This document shows, one piece after another, positions 35,528 through 47,000 of a stretch of 64,000 nt of DNA. The stretch lies in the NCBI GenBank assembly GCA_964016885.1, contig OZ024743.1, positions 320,106,001 through 320,170,000 of the forward strand. The letters run 5' to 3'. This DNA is from Eledone cirrhosa. Taxonomy: Eukaryota. Under the pieces are notes generated by a model, which saw nothing but the letters and a program-made list of their open reading frames with translations, did no database searches and had not been told where the DNA came from. Both the position numbers and the translations under genes were made by a program. How positions within the stretch are numbered: the first letter of the stretch is position 1; every line of letters begins with the position of its first letter.

Positions 35528-36375
35528 TATATATATACATATATGTGTGTGTGTGTGTGTGAGTGTGTGTGTGTGTGTCTGTGTACGTGTGTGTGTGCGT
35601 GTGTGTGGTTGTGTGTGTGTGGGCGTTTATATATCTCACTCTATAAAATCTAATCTCTACTGCAGCGAAGCAGCGATCAATGAAGTAGATGTATAAGACC
35701 CGATCGTAACAGTCAAGCTGGGCATATTGACAGTAATCTGTAAACGGGACATTCATGCAGGCCTACACTTTCACTATTGACGACTTTGCTTTCTAAGAAT
35801 GGCTTGAATCTCTAGATTAAAAGAGAAATATTCACTGGATTTTCTGACCGTTAAACTACGAATGTATTGTGAATTTTGCAGTCATTTCTACTTTTGAACA
35901 AACACAAGACGCTAATAAATACACAGTATGTTCATAAAGATGGAATCTGTTCTGTGGTCATGGCAATCGTATAAGAGTGAATGTCTTCGTAATTCGGAGA
36001 GATAAGGTTGTTCCCTAGTATCGGTAATATTATTTTACGCTTTCTAGTTATAAAGGTAAGAAGGACTGTCATTTGTAGGTATGGTCATTGAAAGTATTCA
36101 TTTTACCCCCTTGAATAATTCTATCGTAGTTGATCTTCTGAAATTCTCCTATGTTCTAGGAAGCAAGCAAATGTTACGATATCAACAGCAAGGTAAGGAA
36201 TACTTTTTAAAAAATATGATCTAATCGAACCTTGCATTGATCTGAAAAAGCATTCAATACTGGGAATTGGAGATCATTGTGGAACTTACTCTGGAAACTC
36301 TACTCTGCGTGTATGAAAAAATGTTTTGGTTTTATTATACGATAAATTTATGTTTTACTTCATTTTATTTTCTAG

Positions 36376-36591
36376 AAAGCAAAGTTGCTGTCATCAATTG
36401 AGCAAGTATAATAACTTGTGATCATCTTGCTGAGTTCGGTAACATTAAATCACAAGATCATTGTAAAGAAAAGTGTGTTGTTAATAAATGTACAGCAATG
36501 GAATACGCTCAATTTTACTCCCAATGTAGTGTCACAGACAATAAGCCAAAGAAATACGGCTTGATTGGTGATGATTTCTGGAAATTAACTG
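36376..36591 (+). pseudogene. Candidate host exon encoding a PAN/apple-like Cys pattern, with an in-frame TGA
   Basis: ttttattttctAG|...|GT, 216 nt, symmetric phase 1. It translates SKVAVIN*ASIITCDHLAEFGNIKSQDHCKEKCVVNKCTAMEYAQFYSQCSVTDNKPKKYGLIGDDFWKLT. An upstream 33-nt exon-like segment lies at 36160-36192. Confidence 0.45.
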
Positions 36592-36934
36592 GTAGATATT
36601 ATATTTTTTGTTTTTCCTTTTCTTTCAATTTTGTTTTACATTGATAAGTCATACTATTTTGTTTTACATTGATAAGTCATACAAATATATATAACAGATT
36701 GTTCACGTCACGTACTTTCCACGGATACAAGTATATCATTTGCTTTATACATATGCACATCATGTTTAAAATTGTATTATTATTATTATTAATATCATTA
36801 ATACTTGAAATTTTCTTTGAATTCTGCTTCTTTCGCAAATAAAGGCAAGTGATAACCTGGCACCCGGGACAAAATTTGATAATACATACATTTGACAAGT
36901 CATGCAAATTATACCACAAGGGCACCAGTTAGAA

Positions 36935-38590
36935 AGCTAGACGAGGCACATAGAAAAGGCATCACGACCAATTCTTCAAATCTAAGCACGAAGGCTGCAT
37001 TGTCAGAGCCAAGGCACGTGCTCTAAGACACGAGGGGACGAAAGCCGTTCAATGGGCCCGGGTGGTGAAGGCATGGCGTGGCAACAAAGTCGTGGTCTTT
37101 GGCGCATCACAGCGAGCGCATGTTAGTCGATCCCCAGCATGTGTGCGGCCTTTCAGCTGCACTTCGTTCAACTGTTCATGAATGAGTATTTGCGGGCAGG
37201 ACCATGGAATGGACTTGAGTCCCTATGTCAAAGGCCTGCGCGATTCTCGATGACAGAGGCGGAGTGCTATGAAAAGCCGATAACTGCCGTTGAAATACAG
37301 GAGGCAATGACTGGCTGCGTGAGCAAAATATTGCGGGCTTTATGTACATATGCCTTACATATACGGTGACCTCTTTTCAGACGTCTACTGCAACAACTGG
37401 CATCAGAACGGAAGAATTTCCAGTTCTGTGACTTGAGGATTAGTGGCGTTGTTGAGAAACACCCTAAAAAAGGGGTCAACGTATATAATGTCAAGCCCAT
37501 AACTCTGCTGAGTTATTAGAAAAAGGTTGACGCTTGTCATCGGGAGTCTGGTGGGAGAGGTGCAGACATGCACCATTCCAAACAGATTCATCTACAACCT
37601 CCACCTCATGCGATACATCATGGAGAGGGTAGCTGCGGAACCTGACACGGTTGGGGCCCTGATCAATTTAGATAATTCGAAAGCATTTGATATGGTCGAC
37701 CATCAATACCTGGCGGTTGTACTGAGGGCGGCGGGCTTTGGGCCCGTTGCAGAGGGTGAGTCGCTTCCATGCACAATGACATCAACACTGTTGTTAGAGT
37801 AGATGGCCCCCTTTCGGAACTGTTCATTATTAACCCGGAAAAGGGCGGTGAATTGGCAGTGTCGGTAGAGGGTTGGACGCCATGCTTTCTAGCATAGTTA
37901 CGTCCCTTTACAGTCTGAGTTCAAATCCCACCGAGGTTAACTTTGCCTTTCCTCCTTACGGGGTCGATAAAATAAAGTACTAGTAATGTACTGGGTAATT
38001 GCTGGTCTTATGCCTAAAGTAGAAACAATTATTAACCCGGAAAAGTCGCTGGGCTTGCAGCTCGGTCCATCTGCGGTCCATCTGCTGCCAGCACCCGCCA
38101 CGCGGAGAGCTGGGTATACTGTGGCTAATGATGCGCAGACATGCACTGAGGCTGCGACATCTCCAGATATTCTGCCTAAACGGTGAACAGGCGTGGTCGC
38201 CGTTTATCAGACGGGCCTTTCCGCAGCTCGTCTATTTGACTGAGCTGCAGTTCTGGGTCAAGAAGAGACCAAACTGGGTTACTGGCACCTGGAAAGTTGC
38301 CAGGCACTCACTGCTCTCTACCAGGCGGGCAATGCTATCAGTGGAACTTCCAATCTCGAGTTCTATAGAGGATTAGTAGTGGGTAATTGCGACGACGCAC
38401 TCAGAGAGGCTCTGGGTGTCGACGAAGTCGAACTGACCAGTGTGTTCCGGAGGACTTTTGAGACGGGACGATGGATAACTTCCAGAAATCCTTCGCTTGG
38501 CAGTGCTACCGAGGGACACTGCCGGCCGATTCGAGATAAACTCTACAGGTATGGAAGTGTTTCTCGTGATGTGCGCAGAGTGACGAAACC
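36935..38590 (+). mobile_element. Old, internally deleted Tx1 ORF2 fragment related to copy A, interrupted by a SINE
   Basis: KHEGCIVRAKARALRHEG, QTCTIP..NLHLMRYI, LDNSKAFD, MRRHALRLRHL, IRDKLYR. Confidence 0.85.
37844..38027 (+). mobile_element. tRNA-derived SINE with 18-bp target-site duplication
   Basis: A-box-like tggcagtgtcggtag, B-box gagttcaaatcc, central gcctttc..ccttacggggtcgataaaataaagtac; TSD attattaacccggaaaag at 37826 and 38028. Confidence 0.88.
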
Positions 38591-38625
38591 GTTTTATATA
38601 TATAGTTTCCAATTGTTAATATATT

Positions 38626-38809
38626 GGCAGTGGATTGGCAGTATCGGTAGAGAGTCGGACGCCATGCTTTCCAGCATAGTTACGTCCCTTTACGATCTGA
38701 GTTCAAATCCCGCCGAGGTTGACTTTGCCTTTCATCCTTACAGGGTCGATAAAATAAAGTACCAGTAATACACTGGGTAATTGCTGGCCTTGTGCCTAAA
38801 GTAGAAACA
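38626..38809 (+). mobile_element. tRNA-derived SINE, same family, 11-bp TSD
   Basis: TSD gttaatatatt at 38615 and 38810. Confidence 0.88.
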
Positions 38810-38940
38810 GTTAATATATTGTATATATATATATCTATATATATATATATATATATATATACTATCCAGGAAGTTCCAACCGTTAAGGTTGTCTTTTTTC
38901 AGGGTATGTCAATATTTATTTATAAAACAAATCTGTATTG

Positions 38941-39006
38941 TATTTTATCTGATGAAAACGCACCATAATTTGCCTTGGTGGCCCTTGAAATATGTATAAT
39001 AAAATA
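38941..39006 (+). ncRNA. Type I hammerhead ribozyme candidate
   Basis: UAUUUUAU-CUGAUGA-AA..CACCA..UGGUG..UU-GAAA-UAUGUA-UA-AUAAAAUA; stem I has 8 bp. Confidence 0.72.
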
Positions 39007-40211
39007 AATATGGTTTTATATATATAGTTTCCAATTGTGAATATATTGTGTATATATATGTTCAATCAACACCAAAGTTCTACGTTCATAGCAATAGAAT
39101 TGAATCCAACCACCGACAACATAGTTGGATGACCGATAATCACACCAAACCGGAGTACTGTGATCCTTGTGATTTCGAGATATACAACTACTGATACTGT
39201 TACGAAGACCAGAAAACCATACTCCATAATATTGAACCAAGTGCGACCAAAATAACACCACACACATATTGAACTAGGAATATTGGATCCTCCGTCAATG
39301 TCTGGGTGAGCAAAAACAGATTTCTATCTGCATTGGAATTTGCGAACTTGTGCATCTGCTGTGGTGTCAAAAACAAACGCACATGACCGCACAGATGAAC
39401 AATGGACTATGCCACGTGGGTTGAACCTGCAAGTGAATTGAAGGATGTGTAACTATGATATACAGATTATTTATTATTAAGATGTATAAACTTGACATAA
39501 CTATTATCATCTTATATTCTCTCAACTAATCACATTTGGTTATATTTCTCTATCCTGTTTTCTCCCCCCATATTTATAATATTTTTATTTGAAAAAATCG
39601 GTTTTTTTACATTGTGTTTTTCCCTTTCTAATACTTGCTTATATTTCTTTATATATTCTCTATATATTTTTTTATATATATTTTTTTTATCTTTATTCTT
39701 ATTTTCACTTTTATCCTCCTTTATATTTTACCTTATTCTTACTTTTATACCTTATTATAGTGTAATCTTCCCCATGCCTTATTATACATTATTAATTATA
39801 GATTATTATTATTACTCTTTTTCCATTTCTAATTACCTCATGTACTTTCTCCTCCGTTATATATATATTGTATGCCCTTTGTGTGTGTGTAGCCTCTGCA
39901 CACCCTCTGCACCCTACTATCGACGCCACCCCATCTATGTCTCAACTAACCACTCGACTCCCGGGAATGAATATGACCACAGCTAGTAAACAAGGACCCA
40001 CACCCCACCCTCCCGCACCAAAATTAGACTTATCGTCCCCTGCTTTTGCTCTTTACTCTCTTTACTCTTTGTTCTTGAATGTTTGGTTGGTAGAGTCCAT
40101 AACACCAATCAAACCCCTTTTATAGCTCTGACAAATCCTACGGTTACGTAAGGAAGAAACATTGTAAGCCAATAAAAATCTGTTGATGTTGTAGACGCTC
40201 TTGTGTTCTTT

Positions 40212-40269
<58 letters not shown>

Positions 40270-40334
40270 TCTCCTCCACATATACATCGGAGGCAATATT
40301 AAAAGTTTGCCACCAAGATATCTTTAAGTTCACA

Positions 40335-40449
40335 GAGTTCAAATTCCGCTGAGGTCAACTTTGCCTTTCATCCTTACGGGGTCGATAAAATAAAGTACCA
40401 GTAATGTACTGGTTAATTGCTGGCCTTGTGCCAAAAGTAGAAACAATTA
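40335..40449 (+). mobile_element. 5'-truncated SINE, same family
   Basis: gagttcaaattccgctgaggtcaactttgcctttcatcc...agtagaaac. Confidence 0.85.
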
Positions 40450-40583
40450 TTTATATTTCTACTTGCAGCAACTTTCGATGAAATGCCTACAATGAAGAAT
40501 ATAACTCAATGATTTTTCCTTTGGACTAAAAGCTTTCGCTGATTATGATTTGAAATGTTTCTTTCCTTATTCTCATATAAATA

Positions 40584-40963
40584 CAGTGCATCTTCGCTTA
40601 TCCGGATATCGATTTTCAGAAATTCGATTTACCGGACGGCTATTTCTATACTACTATTTATTCATTTTTAAAAAAGTACTAACTTTTTATGGTTTGACTC
40701 AATTCAGTTTTACCAAGTTTTTAGTTATTCTTATGTTTGTTTAATTAATTTTCCTATAAATTCTAGCTGTTCTTTTGTTATTCTAATAAACTTTCTTTAC
40801 TTAGCATTTGTCTTTTATTTTGACTAAAAGAAGCCAAAACATTAGAAACCACGAGCATTATGTAACAATGGGATTTTAGAATTCACTTATCCGGATATTT
40901 CACTTAACCGGATCTTTTTCGAACTGTTTGGTTTTGACCGTCCGGATAAGCGAAGATTCATTG
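40584..40963. mobile_element. Non-autonomous Tc1/mariner (pogo/Tigger-type) MITE, 380 bp
   Basis: TA flanks; TIRs CAGTGCATCTTCGCTTATCCGGA / TCCGGATAAGCGAAGATTCATTG; subterminal CTTATCCGGA-like repeats. Confidence 0.85.
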
Positions 40964-41117
40964 TATATATATATTTATTAAAAATAGAAGTACCTGCACA
41001 TATAAATACACACATACGCACAAACATACACTTACCCACATCTACACCCATACCCACATATAGATATATGTGTGTGGCGGAGTGTGTATAAAATTATTAT
41101 TATGTATATTGCCTATA

Positions 41118-41334
41118 GGGCGATGGATTGGCAGTATTGGTAGAACGTCGGACACCATGCTTCGCAGCATAGAGTTACGGCACTTTACGTTCTGAGTTCA
41201 AATCCCGCCGAGCTTAACTTTGCCTTTCATCTTTACGGGCTAAATAAATAAAGCACTAGTAATGCACTGGGGTCGATTTAATCGACTTTCCCCTCCCCTT
41301 TAAATTGCTGGCCTTGTGCCTAAAGTAGAAACAA
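41118..41334 (+). mobile_element. tRNA-derived SINE, longer variant with about 30 extra bp near the 3' end
   Basis: Same head and core plus gtcgatttaatcgactttcccctcccc; imperfect TSD ttatgtat(a)attgcctata. Confidence 0.85.
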
Positions 41335-41489
41335 TTATGTATAAATTGCCTATAAATAAAATATCTCAGCGTTGAAATTTGTTTTTGTCGTTTTATTCTT
41401 ATTGTTGTTTTGTTTAAATCCAAAGTATCCTTGATATAGGTGAGCTGATCATAGTCCATTCCAGTATTAATCAATGCATTCTTTACAAG

Positions 41490-42210
41490 CCGAGTGTGTA
41501 TGATGTGGCTGCTATTTCCAGCGGGTCCTCTCAGGAGCAAACTTCTTCAACTTATCCGTCTGAATCCCAAAATGAGACCAGCCAAGCTCATGGATGTTCT
41601 GCAACCATCTTGCTTGGTGGTCTACATCTGGGACTCCTTGTGGGTCTACATTTCGGTTTTGCCAGTAAAATCTGTTCAGCGATTTATTCCTGAGACATTC
41701 TAACCACATGCCTGTAGTATCATAGTTGTGATTTGTCTTCGGAGAAGTAGCGTCTCTACCTGAAGTGACTCCCTGATTTCTGAAAACTGCTGGAACGGAT
41801 TCGGCAATGAGCCAGTTTCAGCATTCAGCAATCAGAAGCAGGGAGGTAGGTGTAAAAGCCAAACTCGCTATCTTCAATTCGCTATTCGCGAAAAACCTTA
41901 CCTATTGTCATGAATCTTAGGTAATGACCGAAAGAATACGATCACGAATAAAAGCGACCGTAATGGGGGTTCCTCCGAAGGGTCCTAGGAGTAATGTTAC
42001 TTGATTGTGCGTAGCTCGAAAATTAGTGAGCCACTCCAACCAGAGTCGCTAATTCTCCGAATTGAGAGATCACTGCACCGATACTATGGACATGTAGTTG
42101 GAATGTCTAAGGAAAGAATCGCTGGACACATTCACAGGGCAAAACCAGCCGGTAGGAGACCCAGTGGCAGAAGAAGAAGAAGAAGAATAAGAAGAAGAAG
42201 AAGAAGAAGA
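41490..42210. mobile_element. Two divergently oriented RTE 3' fragments, same family as 14625-15250; the plus copy ends in (AAG)n
   Basis: The minus piece 41490-41785 and the plus piece 41800-42170 both match 14750-15250. Confidence 0.8.
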
Positions 42211-42952
42211 TATGTTTCAATTGTGTCCGGGTTTATATACGAATACACTCACACACACACACATACACACACACATATACATATGTATATATATATGTAA
42301 ACAAACATATATATGTAAACAAACATTCGTCTCATTCTGACGTCACCAGCCCTGTCTTTCCACATGTGCGTTTTATTTTTCATAATCACGCATGATGGTG
42401 AACTAGCTTGTTTTAAATTCCCTTTTTGGCATATTAATCAGTGAGAAATTTTTTGGTTATCGAGTTGAGCTCTGCTGAGGATCGAATTCCAACCGTGACC
42501 ATCTCCATTAAAAGTTTTCGTGAAATAGTCTTTAAGACTATACAGAGCATTTGAAGTTTTTCCAAATTAAAGGATGAGTATTTTAAACTGTATTTTATCA
42601 TGAGTTATATTGATTTTTCCATGGATTTCACTAAATTCTGTGGATGAATCTATATCCTGATTCTCTTTGAGTTGAGTTTGAATTATTTTTCCCACATCTT
42701 ACGTTAACTATTTTTCCCATTTTGACGCTATAGTCACTTATATATTATGGAATACTGTGGTGGCTTTTTGCTACAATGTTTTCTATACCTTTCATATATA
42801 TATATATATATATATCCAGGGAGTGTAACGTGACGTTACTGTAGGTTCACCCTGATGACCACATTTAGGTTCACGTCAGTGGCGAGGTGTAGAGCTAGAT
42901 AGAGTGTATAATAAAACAAGGACGATTGGTTAAGTATTCATTACGTTTATTG

Positions 42953-43043
42953 ATCACTGACGCGCGTTTCGCTATTAATTAGCCCAAGGTTCGAGTTGTA
43001 TCGATTTGGCCCGACTCTGGAATCAAAAACTCATCGGAACAAT
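42953..43043 (-). ncRNA. Degenerate hammerhead candidate (U4C) in a 260-bp island between (TA)n tracts
   Basis: Reverse complement reads AUUGUU-CCGAUGA-GUUUUUGAUU...AAUUAAUAGC-GAAA-CGCGCG-UC-AGUGAU. Confidence 0.5.
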
Positions 43044-43072
43044 GCTGTTGTAATGACAGAATGAATATATAA

Positions 43073-43158
<86 letters not shown>

Positions 43159-43174
43159 GAGAGAGATATATATA

Positions 43175-44030
43175 TTTCTTTATTTGCCACAGGGGCGTAC
43201 ACAAATGGGACATTACAAGACGTGACGGCGGGGGTTTTACATAAATTCATTAATAAATAACAATAAACTATATATAATAAAATAACAAATGAAATCCCTA
43301 TTCGGTTTTTTTTTTGGGGGGGGGACACGTTACTGTGGGATTGTTTTACACCCCGTGGATAGAACAACCCTCAATACCAGGAACACGTTTTGTAGGTGTT
43401 CTCGTCTTCCTCAACCTACAGGTTTATATACAGAGAACGCCCATTCACTCGGGCCATTTTCGCCACATTCACCCCCCTTTCAACGAATTTACTGGGATGT
43501 AGCACATCTCTCTCCACTCCCACATTACTTCTGAAGTGGTACTTAAAGAAGGGGATAAGTTGTTGTCCGGAGAGAAAGGTGTTTGCCCTCAGTCCTTTTA
43601 ACCTGGTCCACCATATTACCTCTTTCGCCATAGCCACCAGACAGAGGAAAACCGCCTCTCCTTCATTCTTGAATGAAGGCAGCGGGGTGATCCTCATGAT
43701 GGACTCGACTGACAACTGGATGCGTCCAACGCGTGACAGTAGCTGTTCGACATAATTCCATTGGTCAGTCACACCTGGGCCCTGAACAATTGCGTGCAGA
43801 ACAGTTTCGAAGTCCTGCTCGCATCTTGGACAGGTACTTTTGGCAGGATCTCTGCCAGGGCGTCCGTGCCTGTAGATTTTGTCTCGAACTGGTAGAGCTC
43901 CTCGGTAGCACTGCCAGGCCAGAGTCCTCTGGAAGTTATGCATAGGCCCTGGACGGAAAGTCCTCCCAAACAGACTGGACAGTTCGTCCTCCTCCATGCT
44001 TAGAGTTTCCACGAGAACGTAGTCGCACTT
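43175..44030 (-). mobile_element. Tx1 copy E, 3' fragment
   Basis: ORF 43416-44099: LAWQCYRGALPVRD...CPRC...ETVLHA; AATAAA then a (TA)/(TC) tract. Confidence 0.9.
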
Positions 44031-44049
44031 ATAGAGATAGATAGATATA

Positions 44050-47000
44050 TTTTTATTAGCCACAAGGGCGCACAAGAAAAGGGGACAATACAAATACAAA
44101 GGGGGAAGTTTACATATAAGAAAAACGTGTAAAATGTTATCACAAATGTAAGTTAAAAAGTTAGTCGATTTTCCCCAATAGGGGGAGACAGTTTATATGG
44201 GTAACACATACCCCCGAAAAAATGTGCAGCCCTCGTCTCCAGGAGTACGAAGAGTTTGTACTGCTTTCCTCTCCTCCTCCTTTTCCTCAACCTACAGGCT
44301 GATATAGAGAGAAGGCCCACTCACTCGGGCCATTCTCGCCACTTTCATCCACCTTTCATAAAACTTGCTGGGGTACAGCACCTCTCTCTCCATCCCGATT
44401 CTTCTTCCAAAGTGGTATTTGAAAAAAAGAATCAGTTGTTGGCCGGAGAGAAAGGTGTCTGACCTCAGCCCTTTCAACCTTGTCCACCATACAACCTCTT
44501 TCGCCATAGCTATCACACAAAGGAAAACCGCCTCTCCTTCGTTTTTGAAGGAGGGTGGCGGTTTGATCATGACAATGGACTCGGTGGTCAACTGGATTGG
44601 TCCCACCCGCGACAATAGTCGTTCTACATATCCCCACAGGTCAGTGACGCCCGAGCAGTGTATGAATGCGTGCGCGACGGTTTCTTCGTCTCGCACACAC
44701 CTCGGACAGATCTTTTTTGCAGGGTCCCTGCCCGAGCACCCATGTCTGTAGAGCTTGTCTCGAACTGGTAGAGCTCCTCGGTAGCACTGCCAGGCCAGGG
44801 ACTTTTAGAAGTTGTCCATTGGTCCTGGGCGGAAGGTCCTACCGAACAGACTGGCCAGTTCATCTTACTCTACGCCTAGAGTTTCACCGAGCACGTCGTC
44901 GCACTTGATGCGGATCAACCCTCTATAGAAGGACGAAGTGGAGTCTCCACTGATCGCCGTGTCCGCCTGCCAGAGGGCTGTGAGCGCCTGAGCACATTCG
45001 ATGTGCCAGTCGCCCATTTTCCTCGGTCTTTGTTTGACCCAGGACTGCAGCACGGTCAGCGAGACGAGTCGTGGGAAGGCTCGTCTCACGAACGGGGCCC
45101 ACGCCGGTTGTCCGGTGAGGAATACGTAAAGATGCCGCAGCCTTAGCGAGTGTTTGTGCATCGTTAACCACCGCATCCCCAGCCCTCCGTTAGAAGGGTG
45201 TTGGCAGCAGATGGATCTTCTCACCAAAAGGAGCTCGTCTCTTCCAAAGGAACCGGAAGAGCGCGCGTTCCATTTTAGCGAGCGTTTTGGCTGGACAAAG
45301 CACGACGGTCAAGCGGTAGAAGATGGCGGACACTATAACAGTTTTCACCACCTCCACTCGACCTTTCAAGGATAGTTTGCACTCGGCCCACTTCTGGGTG
45401 ACTGCAAACACCTTGCCGTCACTTCGTTCCAGTTCTTCTCCACCTGGAGGTCCGGACCAAACCAGATCCCGAGCAGCTTTACCGGTCCTTCCGTCCAGCG
45501 TCCGACGACGCCATCAGAAGGCATCGGTTTGCCTCTCCACGATCCGAGTTGCAAACCGATGGACTTGTCCCGGTTCAGCTTCGCTCCTGTGAAACTTTCG
45601 TATTCCTTCAGTAAGGTGGCGACTTCCTTGATTTGCGAGGCGCTCGACACCATTACTGTCACGTCGTCGGCGTAGGCCGACGCCGCTTTCCGCAGTCCCG
45701 GTTCCAGAGGGATGCCCTGCAATAACTCCAACTTCCGCAGTAGTGGCTCGAGAGTCAGTACGTACAGAAGGGAGGAGAGAGGGCATCCCTGTCGAATGGA
45801 TCGCGTAATATGGAACGGCTCCGAGAGGTAGCCGTTTACCTTGACCCTTGAGCAGATTTTGCTGTTGTGCATTGCAGCAATCCATCCCCTGAACACGGGT
45901 CCGAAGCCTGCCGCCTCGGGCACTGCATCCAGGTAACGATGGTCAAGCCTATCGAAAGCCTTAGACTGATCCAAGTTGATCAGGGCCCCACCGAAGCCGA
46001 GTTTACACCCTACACCTCTCTATGATGTATCGCCTGAGGTGGAGGTTGTCGTGTATGGACCTGGTCGGGATTGCGCATGTCTGCGCTTCTCCCACCAGGT
46101 TCTCGACGACAAGCGCCAGCCGCTTTGCCAACACCTTGTCCCAAATCTGTAACTCTGTGTTTAGCAGAGTTATGGGCCGGAAGTTGCCTATGTCATCCCC
46201 CTTATTCTCGTCCTTCTTGAATAGTGTGACCACGCCCCGGTTACAGAACTGGGAATTCTCCCGTTCTATTGCCAGATGCAGTAGACCGCTTCCAAGAGAC
46301 CGGAGAATAAGTCCGGTATTGCTACGTAAAATTCGTAGGGTAGACCGTCGAGACCTGGAGATTTGCGTTTGCCGCATTGGCTCAGCGCGTCCCCTATCTC
46401 AGTGGCTGAAATCGGCTTTTTGCAGAACTTTGCCTCGCTGTCTGAGAGTCGCGGTAGGCCGTCAAGGTATGGACCGAAATCCATAGCCTCTCTCGGCGCC
46501 CCCCCCCCCCACCGAACAGCTGAGCAAAGTGCCGCTGAAAAGCCGCACACATCTGCTTCGGCTCACGTATTACGCGTCTGTTATGGTCCTTCAAAGACAG
46601 AATCGTGGACTTATTGCCACTTTTTGCCTCCGTCACTCGGGCCCAGCTAACAGCTTTGGCTCCCTCGTTTCCCAGAGCACATATTTTGCTTCTGACAACG
46701 CAGCCCTCGTGTTTTGCGTCGAAGAACTGGTCCAAGGCCATTCTCGTTGCTATCACGCTGGCTACGTTGCCACTTCTAATTGCCTCTCCTACTTTATCTA
46801 CCAGTTCCTTCTCGGTTCTATTTCTATCTAACGCTAATTCTTTACTAAAAACTATCGAGTCTAATCTAACTGCCCTCTTGAGAGAGTACCACCATCTGTT
46901 GTTGACAATGGCCCCTGGCAAGTGCTGTTTAACTAAAGTGCTAATCCGTCTACTGTAGGCTTTGCTTGTCGGTAACGATAAGTTCAGCTTCCAGTAGCCG

